DNA of 32,000 nucleotides from an uncultured archaeon (GTDB lineage: Archaea > Iainarchaeota > Iainarchaeia > Iainarchaeales > Iainarchaeaceae): positions 117,278 to 149,277 of the forward strand of contig CAZNZM010000001.1 in NCBI GenBank assembly GCA_964577555.1, given 5' to 3'. The translations under genes were made by a program, and so were the position numbers. Every line of letters begins with the position of its first letter. Within the stretch, counting starts at the first letter, position 1. Below are positions 1-8,117 of this stretch, piece by piece. The notes beneath the pieces were generated by a model that saw only the letters and a list, made by a program, of their open reading frames with translations, did not search any database and was not told where the DNA came from.

Positions 1-2
1 AA

Positions 3-596
3 TCAAAACAAGTTGGATCGGAAAAAATAGTTTATTTGGCAAACAAAAATTCAGGAAATTTTGAAATAGGGGAAAAAATAATATTCAACGTCAAAGCTGA
101 ATATGAAAACACAGAACCGGTAATAACTGATAATATTTACGCGGAAATAAAATCAAAGCCGATACAGCTAAAAGCAATAGATAAAGGATTATATGAGGGC
201 GAATACTTAGTAGGCGAAAAAGATGAAGGAACACTGCCTGTAAAAATATATTTAGACGACGGCTATGGCAACCTCGTTGAAGAAAAATTTGAATTAACAA
301 TAACCGGAATTACATTAACAAGTTGGCTCCTTCAAAACAGTTTATTAGTAGCAATATTAGGAACAATTGCATTAATTTTGATTTGGCACGGATTTTTGTT
401 TATTGAACACAAAAACAAAATAAACGAACTAAAAAAAAGAGAAGCTGAAATAATTACGGAAATAAAAAACCTTCAAACAGAATATTTCATAAATGGAAAA
501 ATAGACAAAAACGTTTATACAAAAAAAATGACTCATTTGGAACCGGAATTAAAAAAAATAAGGCAAGAAATAAGTGCTGCACAAAAAAACGGATAA
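3..596 (+). CDS. Single-pass membrane protein, 5' end probably cut by the window edge (beta-rich N-terminal domain, one TM helix, cytoplasmic coiled-coil tail)
   Basis: The frame is open from position 3; the ORF track starts at a TTG at 36. Hydrophobic helix LLVAILGTIALILIWHGFLFI. KE-rich C-terminal tail with a GKIDKNVYTKKM segment reminiscent of SHOCT-type short C-terminal domains. TAA stop at 594-596. Confidence 0.5.
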   Translation, partial: SKQVGSEKIVYLANKNSGNFEIGEKIIFNVKAEYENTEPVITDNIYAEIKSKPIQLKAIDKGLYEGEYLVGEKDEGTLPVKIYLDDGYGNLVEEKFELTITGITLTSWLLQNSLLVAILGTIALILIWHGFLFIEHKNKINELKKREAEIITEIKNLQTEYFINGKIDKNVYTKKMTHLEPELKKIRQEISAAQKNG

Positions 597-690
597 AAAT
601 ACCAAAAGACAAAGAGCGATATGTTTTTTAGCGGTAATAACTACGTTATTTGGAAACAATAAATGCCTTAATCGACTCTATGGTGTAAAA

Positions 691-3000
691 ATGGATGAAA
701 ATAAAAGCAAAAACGAGCCACAAGAAAAAAAGCCGATTTTAGCCATATTCTCAAAATTGATTGGCACTGAAAAAGAAAAGGAAAAACAAATAGAAAACAA
801 AGAAATACAAACATTTATACCTGAATTGAAAACTGACGGAAAAGGCAAGGTAAACGAAATAATAGTGGAATCGCCTTTAGATGAAAAAAATCCAGTCAAG
901 AAAAACAAAGAAAAAAATAATGTGGAAGAAGAAGGCGGAGACCAAAAAGAAATAAAAGATGCAATTGAAGAAACAAAATTCATAAAAAATACTGCAAAAC
1001 TGCTTGATGAAAAGACTGATAAAAGCAACTATAATGAAACTGAAAAGACCGAATATGAAACAAATGGCAATTCGAAAGTATCTTTGCTAATTCTTGAAAA
1101 CCGAAATTACGATAAGGGGATTTCAATACTTTTAAAAAAAATGGCTTATGATTATGAAAAAAACATGTACGTTGCACTAAACGAAACCATAGAAGAAATG
1201 GAAAACAGGTTTTATGAAGAAAAAATAGAGAAAAAAAAATTTGTTATAATAGATACTCTGACTTTAGGATCAAAAAACGTCAATCAAAAAAAATATGAAA
1301 ATTGCATTTTTGTAGCAAGCCCTAATGCACTCATAGAATTAAGTCTTGCAATAATGCAAGGAATAAATAATTGGAAAGCAAAAGCCATTCTTTTTGACTC
1401 GATTTCAACCCTTTTGATATATGAAAACGAAAAAACGGTTTCAAGATTTGTGCGCTCGATAATTGGAAAAATAAGGGCTTCCGGAATAGACGCTTATTTC
1501 ACCGTATTGGCCGGAGATTCAAAAAAAGACGTTATAAAAGAATTGAGACCATTTTTTGACAAAGCAAACAATCTTGAAGAATTTGTTTCAGAGCAATTTC
1601 CCGGATTTGAAATAGAATCAATAAAAAGACAAAAATGGTACGATGAAGATGAAGAATTGGAAAATTATAAAACTGCACGCCTTAATTCGGAACCGGCAAT
1701 ATTCATGGCTGAAATACAGGCTTTGAAAAGAAAAATCAAGGATTCACAAAAAAACAATTTGATGTGGAAAGATTTGAATTATTTAAAAGAAAAATTGGAA
1801 AAGCTGGAAGGCATGAAAGAAAAAATAAACAAAATTGAAGGATTGACAGAAAATGAAAAAAATAAATACAAAGAAATTAGTGCAACTCTTGAAGAAGTAA
1901 AGGAAAAATTAAAAAAAATGGAAACGGTTTCAAAACTTGAAGAAGAAATCAAAGAGGTTTACAGAAAAATAGAGGAAATAGATGAAAAAGCGCAATTGAG
2001 CGCAGAACTGAGAAAAAATATTGAAGCGAAAAAAGAATCGGAATTGAATGAATCAATACAAGAAATGAAAGTCAAACTGAAAAATCTTGAAGGAGTGACA
2101 TCTCTTGAACAAGAAGTAAAAGCATTGAACAACATGGTGCTTGAATTGGAATCAAAACTTCGAAAGGAAACGAAAGAGGAAATTGAAGCGCAAACTGAAG
2201 CAATGAAAGAATTTTCAAGGCAAATTGATGACCTTTCAAAAAGGATTTCCGAAGCGCAAAAAAGCGACAAATACGAAGAAATGGCTCAAAATTTTGGAAA
2301 GGAATTGGAAGCAATAAAAAGCGAAATAGACGAAATGGAAAAAAATAATGCACTTGTAAGGGAAAAAGAACATGAGGAAAAAGAAAAAGTAAAGCAAATG
2401 ATTGATGAAGTGAAAACCAAACTCGCAGGGCTCGAAAAGATAAGCGAAATTGAACAACACATGACTGAATTATACAAAAAAATAGAGGAACACGATGAAA
2501 AGGCGCAACTTGGCGAAGAAATTAAAAAAACAATTGAATCGCAAAAAACAAATGAAATGAAACAAGCAATTGAAGAAATGAAAAAAAATTTTTTGGCACA
2601 GGAAGAAAATATTTCGTTGTTTTCAAAACAAATTGATGCTTTAAGGCAAAAACTTGAAGAAACCCAGGCAACAAACTTGGAAAAAGACGAGTTGGACAGA
2701 AAATTATTAGAACATATTTCTGCAATGGAAAAACACATTTCAAGTTTGGGAAAACGGCTTGAGGCTGCAGAACTTCAAAAAGCTTTGGCAGAAAGCGAAG
2801 ACGAATATAAGAAAATATCAGAAGAAAGGGAGCAAGTTGAAATGGCTTTGAAAAGAATGACTGATGAAGAAGGTTATACTAAGGAAAAGCTTGCCAAACT
2901 TAACAACCAGCTTGAAAAAATTTCGGAAATTGAAAAGGAAATCAACGAAAAAAGAAAGGAAATGCAAGAAAGACTCAAAAAACTTAAACAAGACGAATGA
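691..3000 (+). CDS. Large protein: K/E-rich N-terminus, P-loop-less RecA/KaiC-like domain, ~440-aa C-terminal coiled coil
   Basis: ORF 574-3000. The ATG at 691 (MDENKSKNE) is the more plausible start. The central region (YVALNETIEEME, KKFVIIDTLT, AILFDSISTLLIYENEKTVSRFVRSIIGKIR) aligns with the product of 5247-5840 and has a Walker-B-like hhhhD strand but no GxxGxGKT. The rest is continuous E/K/L heptad sequence with internal repeats. Confidence 0.7.
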   Translation: MDENKSKNEPQEKKPILAIFSKLIGTEKEKEKQIENKEIQTFIPELKTDGKGKVNEIIVESPLDEKNPVKKNKEKNNVEEEGGDQKEIKDAIEETKFIKNTAKLLDEKTDKSNYNETEKTEYETNGNSKVSLLILENRNYDKGISILLKKMAYDYEKNMYVALNETIEEMENRFYEEKIEKKKFVIIDTLTLGSKNVNQKKYENCIFVASPNALIELSLAIMQGINNWKAKAILFDSISTLLIYENEKTVSRFVRSIIGKIRASGIDAYFTVLAGDSKKDVIKELRPFFDKANNLEEFVSEQFPGFEIESIKRQKWYDEDEELENYKTARLNSEPAIFMAEIQALKRKIKDSQKNNLMWKDLNYLKEKLEKLEGMKEKINKIEGLTENEKNKYKEISATLEEVKEKLKKMETVSKLEEEIKEVYRKIEEIDEKAQLSAELRKNIEAKKESELNESIQEMKVKLKNLEGVTSLEQEVKALNNMVLELESKLRKETKEEIEAQTEAMKEFSRQIDDLSKRISEAQKSDKYEEMAQNFGKELEAIKSEIDEMEKNNALVREKEHEEKEKVKQMIDEVKTKLAGLEKISEIEQHMTELYKKIEEHDEKAQLGEEIKKTIESQKTNEMKQAIEEMKKNFLAQEENISLFSKQIDALRQKLEETQATNLEKDELDRKLLEHISAMEKHISSLGKRLEAAELQKALAESEDEYKKISEEREQVEMALKRMTDEEGYTKEKLAKLNNQLEKISEIEKEINEKRKEMQERLKKLKQDE

Positions 3001-3371
3001 AACAAAAACAAATCAAAAATTAAAAAATTGTCAAAAAAATGGTTGGCAAAATAAATTCAAAAAAAAACTGGCTCAAAAAAAAACAAGCCACAAAAAAAAT
3101 AGCTCACAAAAAAAACAACCAACAAAAAAAATAACAAAAAAAAACGGCTGATAAAAAAAAATCTTTACAAAAAAAAAACAAAAATTGTCTAAAAAAAAGG
3201 CTCACAAAAAAAATTAAAAAAAGTTCAAAAAAAAATCATGAAAAAAAATTGTCAAAAAAAACTGGCTCAAAAAAAAACAAAATTGGCTCGCAAAAAAAAA
3301 CCAAGCCACAAAAAAAATAGCTCACAAAAAAACAAATTAAAAAAAACGACTTAAAAAAATGTCAAAAAAAA
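3001..3371 (+). repeat. A-run/GC-island mosaic repeat region, copy A (A-rich on + strand)
   Basis: A7-11 runs every ~10-23 nt, separated by islands such as GGCTCA, AGCCAC, AGCTCAC, GGCTCGC and TGTC. It shares blocks with 20152-20862 and 30040-30690. It lies between two convergent stop codons. Confidence 0.85.
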
Positions 3372-4433
3372 TCAATCCTCGTAGAAAAATTCCTGATCTG
3401 CGTAAATTTCAAACCCTTTTGATGTTATTTTATATGGAACAAGCCTCTTTGAGTGCCCAGTGCCACGCATTTTTATTATTTCCAAAACATTTTCCCGCCT
3501 ATTGTGAGTTTTGAGGCTGTAAAGTGCTACAAGGCTGTCAGCAAGCAATTCATGCATGCCTGTCAAATGATAATTTCCTGGAACCCTTGCAGTTTCATCT
3601 ATTATTATATTCAAGGCACCAAAACTTGAAATTGTTTCAAAAAGTTTAGAAGTGTATTGCCTGAAACCGTTTGTATTTTCTGCAAATGCTAAAGAGAGAG
3701 AAGAAAGGCTGTCAAAAACCAACCTGTCAGGCTTGAAAGGCAAATCAAAAAGAAATGGCAATTTAAATTGTTCAGGCGGAATATAAAGGTCGCCTTTTTC
3801 GCTTGTTAAATTGGCTTCCATTGCCCTTACTATGGCAAGCGGGTCTATTTTGTGCATGGAAATAAAACCTTTGTTTTCAAGAGAAACCAAATCCCAACCA
3901 AAAGAAGCAGCCATATTTTCTTTGACCTTTTCAGGAGACTCTTCAAGCGAAATATAAATACATTTTTCACCTTTTACTTTCGCAGCAGTATAAATTGATT
4001 GTATTGCAAATGTTGTTTTTCCGGTTCCTGAACTTCCAGAAAGCAACATGATGTCGCCACGTTTCAAACCTCCTTTTTCTATCAATCTGTCAAAATCACT
4101 GACAAAAACAGGAGAAATTTTTCTGAATTCGGAAAGACCTATGCGATTGTATGGTTTTGACAGAGAAACGCCTATTTCTTGAGACTGGGTTCCGTAAATA
4201 GAACCTTGCGTGTTGGCTGATGAAATAGATTCTTTCTCTACAACACCTTCTGGCAGCTCCATTTTTTTGCTCTCTGGTGAATTTGCCAGGTTTTTTGCTT
4301 CTTCAACAATTGACTTGGCTTCTTCATAAGAAAGCCCCACTTCTGTCATGCTTTTTATGGCCTCATCTTCGGAGGTTCCTGATTGAAGAAGCCTTTTAGT
4401 GGCATCCACAAGCCTGGCTTTGTTTTCCACCAT
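3372..4433 (-). CDS. KaiC-like RecA-superfamily ATPase with ~100-aa N-terminal helical extension
   Basis: Walker A GSSGTGKT, KaiC-family ISLEES and FGWDL motifs, Walker B LVFDSLSSL. N-terminal SGTSEDEAIKSMTEVGLSYEEAKSIVEEAK helical segment. ATG at 4433. Confidence 0.85.
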   Translation of the reverse strand: MVENKARLVDATKRLLQSGTSEDEAIKSMTEVGLSYEEAKSIVEEAKNLANSPESKKMELPEGVVEKESISSANTQGSIYGTQSQEIGVSLSKPYNRIGLSEFRKISPVFVSDFDRLIEKGGLKRGDIMLLSGSSGTGKTTFAIQSIYTAAKVKGEKCIYISLEESPEKVKENMAASFGWDLVSLENKGFISMHKIDPLAIVRAMEANLTSEKGDLYIPPEQFKLPFLFDLPFKPDRLVFDSLSSLSLAFAENTNGFRQYTSKLFETISSFGALNIIIDETARVPGNYHLTGMHELLADSLVALYSLKTHNRRENVLEIIKMRGTGHSKRLVPYKITSKGFEIYADQEFFYED

Positions 4434-4445
4434 TAAATACCACTC

Positions 4446-4461
4446 ATGTTTAATAAAACAT
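4446..4461. promoter_or_regulatory. 16-bp palindrome ATGTTTAATAAAACAT in the 82-bp divergent spacer between the two KaiC-like ATPase genes (candidate operator)
   Basis: Perfect 6-bp arms around a 4-bp centre, seen directly. The AT-rich background makes a chance occurrence plausible. Confidence 0.25.
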
Positions 4462-4515
4462 TCAAATTACTAAACAATAAGTATAATTAACCGATATAAA
4501 TGTCTTTAGATACAT

Positions 4516-5247
4516 ATGCACGAACACGAAACCGCAAAAACAAGTGAAAGAGTGGAATTTGAAAGAGTAAAAACCGGGGTTCAAGGCTTGGATGAAATGA
4601 TGGGGGGCGGCATACCGAAAGGGAATTTGGTTGTATTGAGTGGTGACCCAGGTAGCGGCAAAACAGTTCTTTGCTGGCAATACTTGTATTACGGCATCAC
4701 CCAATTCAATGAAAACGCAGTGTATATTTCATTGGAAGAAACTGAAGAAACCATATTTGAAGGTGCAAAAGAATTTGGTTGGGACTTAAAAAAGCTGGTT
4801 GATGAAGGAAAATTATCAATAATAACTATAGAATTGTACGACTTCGAAAGGCTCAAAGCCGCAATTGAAGACAATGTCAAGGCAAGAAAAGCAAAAAGAG
4901 TTGTTATTGATCCGGGAGTCATATTCAGATTGTTTTTTGAAAGAGAATTGGATGCAAGAAAAAGAATAGTTTCCCTTGGAAAAATGCTTAAAACGCTTGG
5001 CGTGACTACAATAATAACAAACGAATTGACTTTGGAAAAAGAATCTTCACTTTATGGTTTGGAAGAATACGTTGCTGACGGAGTAATACTTTTATTTCAT
5101 ACAAGAATAAAAAACAGGTTCGTAAGAAGCATAGCAGTGCTAAAAATGAGGAATACTGAAATAACAGAAAGTCTAAAACCGGTAAAAATTGACAACAACG
5201 GAATAAAAGTGCTTTCAAGAGCCGAACTTTTTGACGAGGTGGATTAA
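4516..5247 (+). CDS. KaiC-like RecA-superfamily ATPase (single domain)
   Basis: GLDEMMGGGIPKGNLVVLSGDPGSGKT (Walker A), ISLEETEETI, FGWDL, Walker B RVVIDPG. The size (243 aa) is typical of archaeal single-domain KaiC homologues. Confidence 0.9.
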   Translation: MHEHETAKTSERVEFERVKTGVQGLDEMMGGGIPKGNLVVLSGDPGSGKTVLCWQYLYYGITQFNENAVYISLEETEETIFEGAKEFGWDLKKLVDEGKLSIITIELYDFERLKAAIEDNVKARKAKRVVIDPGVIFRLFFERELDARKRIVSLGKMLKTLGVTTIITNELTLEKESSLYGLEEYVADGVILLFHTRIKNRFVRSIAVLKMRNTEITESLKPVKIDNNGIKVLSRAELFDEVD

Positions 5248-5840
5248 TGGCAGACGAATGGAGTGAAGAAAAAATAATTGCTGCTCTTGACAAGAACAAG
5301 CAAATAGAAGCAAAAGCAATGGAAATCTTAAAAGAATTCAAATCATCGTTCAGCATACTTTTAATTTTGAAACCAGAATCGTACAAACCAATAAAAAATT
5401 CTTTTTTAAATGCCGCAAATACTAAATGGGAGAAAACAATATTTGTAAGCATTAATGAAACTGCTGAAAAAATTTTGGAAAAAACGGACAAAAAATCGCA
5501 AAAAAAAATTTTTGTAATTGATATGTTTTCAGGCAAAAGTTCTTCAAACGAAAATTATGCAAAATTGGATTCCGCAACACAACTTGCAGAATGCCTTGAG
5601 CTAATAGAAAACAACTTATCAAAAAACAATGAAAAACAAAATTATGTAATAATAATTGATTCAATATCGTCATTATTGCTCTACAATAACGCGGAAGCGG
5701 TAAAAAAATTCTTGCATTTAATGATTTCAAAAAGCCAAAGTTTAAAGGTTTCGGTGATTCTTTTTGGAATAGACGAAAAGGATTATGATGGTTTTTATAA
5801 AATAGTCAGCCAATTTGTTGATTCAACTGTTGTAATTTAA
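5247..5840 (+). CDS. P-loop-less KaiC/RecA-like domain protein, paralogous to the central domain of the 691-3000 product
   Basis: Its start overlaps the upstream stop (TAATG). FVSINETAEKI, KIFVIDMFS and YVIIIDSISSLLLYNNAEAVKKFLHLMISK align with the 808-aa ORF. There is no GxxGxGK[ST]. Confidence 0.7.
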   Translation: MADEWSEEKIIAALDKNKQIEAKAMEILKEFKSSFSILLILKPESYKPIKNSFLNAANTKWEKTIFVSINETAEKILEKTDKKSQKKIFVIDMFSGKSSSNENYAKLDSATQLAECLELIENNLSKNNEKQNYVIIIDSISSLLLYNNAEAVKKFLHLMISKSQSLKVSVILFGIDEKDYDGFYKIVSQFVDSTVVI

Positions 5841-5916
5841 CATTGGCACTTAAGCATGAGCAAATTTAAAAAAACAATCAAGCAAAGCATAAAGAATAGT
5901 CACAAAAGGCAAAAAT

Positions 5917-7305
5917 ATGAATGCATATGAAAAACTTTCCGAGCTTTCAGAAAAAGTCAAAGCACTGGACGATTTTGTTGTAGTGCATCATTATGATGCG
6001 GACGGTTGCAGTGCAGGAGCAATAATGTTCAAGGCTTTATCAAGGCTTGGAAAATCAGTAAAAAAAATTTGGATAAAACAACTTTACAAAGAAACAATAA
6101 ACGAAATAAAAGGACTTGGCAAAAATTATGTTTTTGTGGATTTTGGGTCCGGACAATTGTCATATCTTAAGGAAGAATTCGGAGAAAATTTGTTTGTATT
6201 TGACCATCATGAACGCACAAATGTGCAACACCCTAACCATTTCTCGCCGTTTGATTATGGAATTAATGGCGGAAATGAAATAAGCGCTTCAGGAATATCT
6301 TACTTGTTTGCAGAAACACTGGATAAAAAAAATATAGATCTAATACAACTAGCAATTGTTGGGGCTGTTGGCGACGTTCAGGATTTCAAAGGAAAATTAA
6401 TAGGCTTGAATAGTGAACTAGCAAAGAAAGGAGTAAATGCAGGAATTGTAAAAATAGAAAACGACCTAAAATTGTACGGCAGAATAACAAGACCTTTGAT
6501 TCAATTCCTTGAATTCAGTACCTCGCCAATAATTCCTGAAATAACGGCAAACCAGGAAAACGCAAGAAAGTTTTTACAGGAAAACGGAATAGAACTTAAA
6601 GACGGGGACAGATGGAGAACTTATTCGGATTTGAGCTTTGAAGAAAAAAAAGAATTGGCAACAGCTTTAATATTGCATTTGCAAAAACATAACTTGCCAG
6701 AATGGAAAATATCCGAATTGTTCGGCGAAGTATATCTTTTTCCAAGCGAAGACAAAAAAAGCCCGCTTTACGAGGCAAAAGAATTTTCAACTCTTTGCAA
6801 TGCCTGCGGAAGGCATGGAATGGCTGACATTGCAATAGAAGTATGCTTGGGCGACAGAGGGAGCAATTATTCCATGGCGATTGACTTGATGGCTGAACAT
6901 AGAAGACAATTAAGGGAAGGGATAGACTTTGTTGCAAAAAACGGAATTTCGGAAGAAAAAGAATTTTATTGGTTTGACGCTGGTGAAAAAATTTCTGAGT
7001 CAATCATTGGAATAGTTGCTGGAATGCTTTATGGCTCGGGAATTATTGAAACAAGAAAACCTATTATTGCAATAGCGCATAATAAAGACGGGTATTTAAA
7101 AATTAGCGGCAGGGCTACAAACGAACTAGTTGGAATGGGTTTAAACCTTGGAATAGCATTCAGAAAAAGTTGTGAAAAACTAGGAGAAGGGAACGAAGGA
7201 GGGGGGCACGCAATAGCCGCCGGTTTGAAAATAAAAAAAGAAAAACTCAACGAATTTCTACAAAACCTTAACGAAATAATAAGCGAACAATACACAAAGA
7301 GCTGA
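5917..7305 (+). CDS. recJ: RecJ-like DHH-family phosphoesterase/nuclease (archaeal GAN/RecJ-Cdc45 type)
   Basis: DHH motifs HHYDADG, VFVDFGSG, FVFDHH and GAVGDVQD. DHHA1 motif GGGHAIAAG near the C-terminus. 462 aa. Confidence 0.85.
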   Translation: MNAYEKLSELSEKVKALDDFVVVHHYDADGCSAGAIMFKALSRLGKSVKKIWIKQLYKETINEIKGLGKNYVFVDFGSGQLSYLKEEFGENLFVFDHHERTNVQHPNHFSPFDYGINGGNEISASGISYLFAETLDKKNIDLIQLAIVGAVGDVQDFKGKLIGLNSELAKKGVNAGIVKIENDLKLYGRITRPLIQFLEFSTSPIIPEITANQENARKFLQENGIELKDGDRWRTYSDLSFEEKKELATALILHLQKHNLPEWKISELFGEVYLFPSEDKKSPLYEAKEFSTLCNACGRHGMADIAIEVCLGDRGSNYSMAIDLMAEHRRQLREGIDFVAKNGISEEKEFYWFDAGEKISESIIGIVAGMLYGSGIIETRKPIIAIAHNKDGYLKISGRATNELVGMGLNLGIAFRKSCEKLGEGNEGGGHAIAAGLKIKKEKLNEFLQNLNEIISEQYTKS

Positions 7306-7579
7306 ATTGCAACAACTTGCAGTTAAAGTTTCAGGCGAATCCCAAATAAAGATAATGCTAATGCAGATAAATTATCACGTCAAAAAGCAACTTATCAGCG
7401 ATTCATTTTTACAATAATGGAAGCCAGACAACAAGGCTTCGGTCAAATCCTCATGAAGAAATGAATATGAAATTGTCATCACATTTTCAGTAGTTGGAAA
7501 TTGACTATGGTTAAATCAAAAATAATTTGACTGGAAAAGACAATAAATATTATATAACCAAAAGTCGTTATTAATAAAC

Positions 7580-8104
7580 ATGCAAAAAAATGAAAAAAAA
7601 CTGGCACTAATCTGTGTTTTGTTGGTTTTGTCGGCATTGGTTACTTTGGCTTTGGAAACTTTGCCAAACTTGGACAATTATTTTGACAACAACAACCATT
7701 TAAAAAAAGAAATTCTTTCTACAATAAACGAACAAACAAGCAAAGTTCCAAATGAATTGATTTTAATTTTCGCCAACAAAAAAATCAACGTCTACATAAC
7801 CTCGGATGAGGGTTTGGTGAAAGAATTTTATGCCAAGACTAACAACAAAACTTTTGACGAAATTTCAAAAGGTGCCAGAATGGACGCTGATTTGGAAGTT
7901 AGGTTGAACGAAGCAACTCTTTTAAAAATTTATAATTCTAAAGAGCCGATTAGCGAATTAGTCAAGTCTATTTCATCTGGCGAAATAAAGTATAATGGCA
8001 TAACTAACGAAGGCAAAATCAACAGCACTACAATAAATATTGTGGCTGGTTTATTGTCATTCATTGACGAGATCAAAAATTTTATTTTTGGGTTTTTCAA
8101 ATAA
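7580..8104 (+). CDS. Membrane-anchored or secreted hypothetical protein
   Basis: N-terminal signal-anchor KKLALICVLLVLSALVTLALE and a second C-terminal hydrophobic stretch. The middle part has a weak SCP2-like feel (LLKIYNSKEPISELVKSISSGEIKYNG) that is not strong enough to call. Confidence 0.55.
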   Translation: MQKNEKKLALICVLLVLSALVTLALETLPNLDNYFDNNNHLKKEILSTINEQTSKVPNELILIFANKKINVYITSDEGLVKEFYAKTNNKTFDEISKGARMDADLEVRLNEATLLKIYNSKEPISELVKSISSGEIKYNGITNEGKINSTTINIVAGLLSFIDEIKNFIFGFFK

Positions 8105-8117
8105 ACTTAATTGAAAA

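Noticed and set aside
574-690. N-terminal 39-codon extension of the 808-aa ORF (MLHKKTDKNTKRQR...).
   Set aside because: It overlaps the end of the preceding gene and has an odd Cys/Phe/Asn composition. The ATG at 691 gives a sensible hydrophilic N-terminus.
2864-3151. Lys-rich ORF (95 aa) running from inside the coiled-coil gene into repeat region A. Similar K-rich ORFs lie at 30171-30425 and 30259-30522.
   Set aside because: They are translations of A-runs. The two region-C ORFs overlap each other in different frames. Copies of the same DNA block differ by 1-2 nt homopolymer indels, so no frame is preserved. No RBS or promoter context. I treat them as non-coding, though only proteomics could fully exclude a basic low-complexity protein.
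3001-3371. Replication origin (AT-rich DUE with ORB-like repeats).
   Set aside because: Four such regions in 32 kb, no orc1/cdc6 gene adjacent, and no inverted ORB-type elements flanking a unique unwinding region. It cannot be fully excluded without skew or marker-frequency data.
7395-7481. Possible C/D-box sRNA on the minus strand (GTGATGA C-box at 7481-7475, CTGA at 7398-7395) in the 275-bp spacer. A GAAGCC-N9-GGCTTC hairpin also lies at 7420-7440.
   Set aside because: The boxes are 87 nt apart, which is long for archaeal C/D sRNAs. No C'/D' boxes and no terminal stem. Box-like heptamers are expected by chance.
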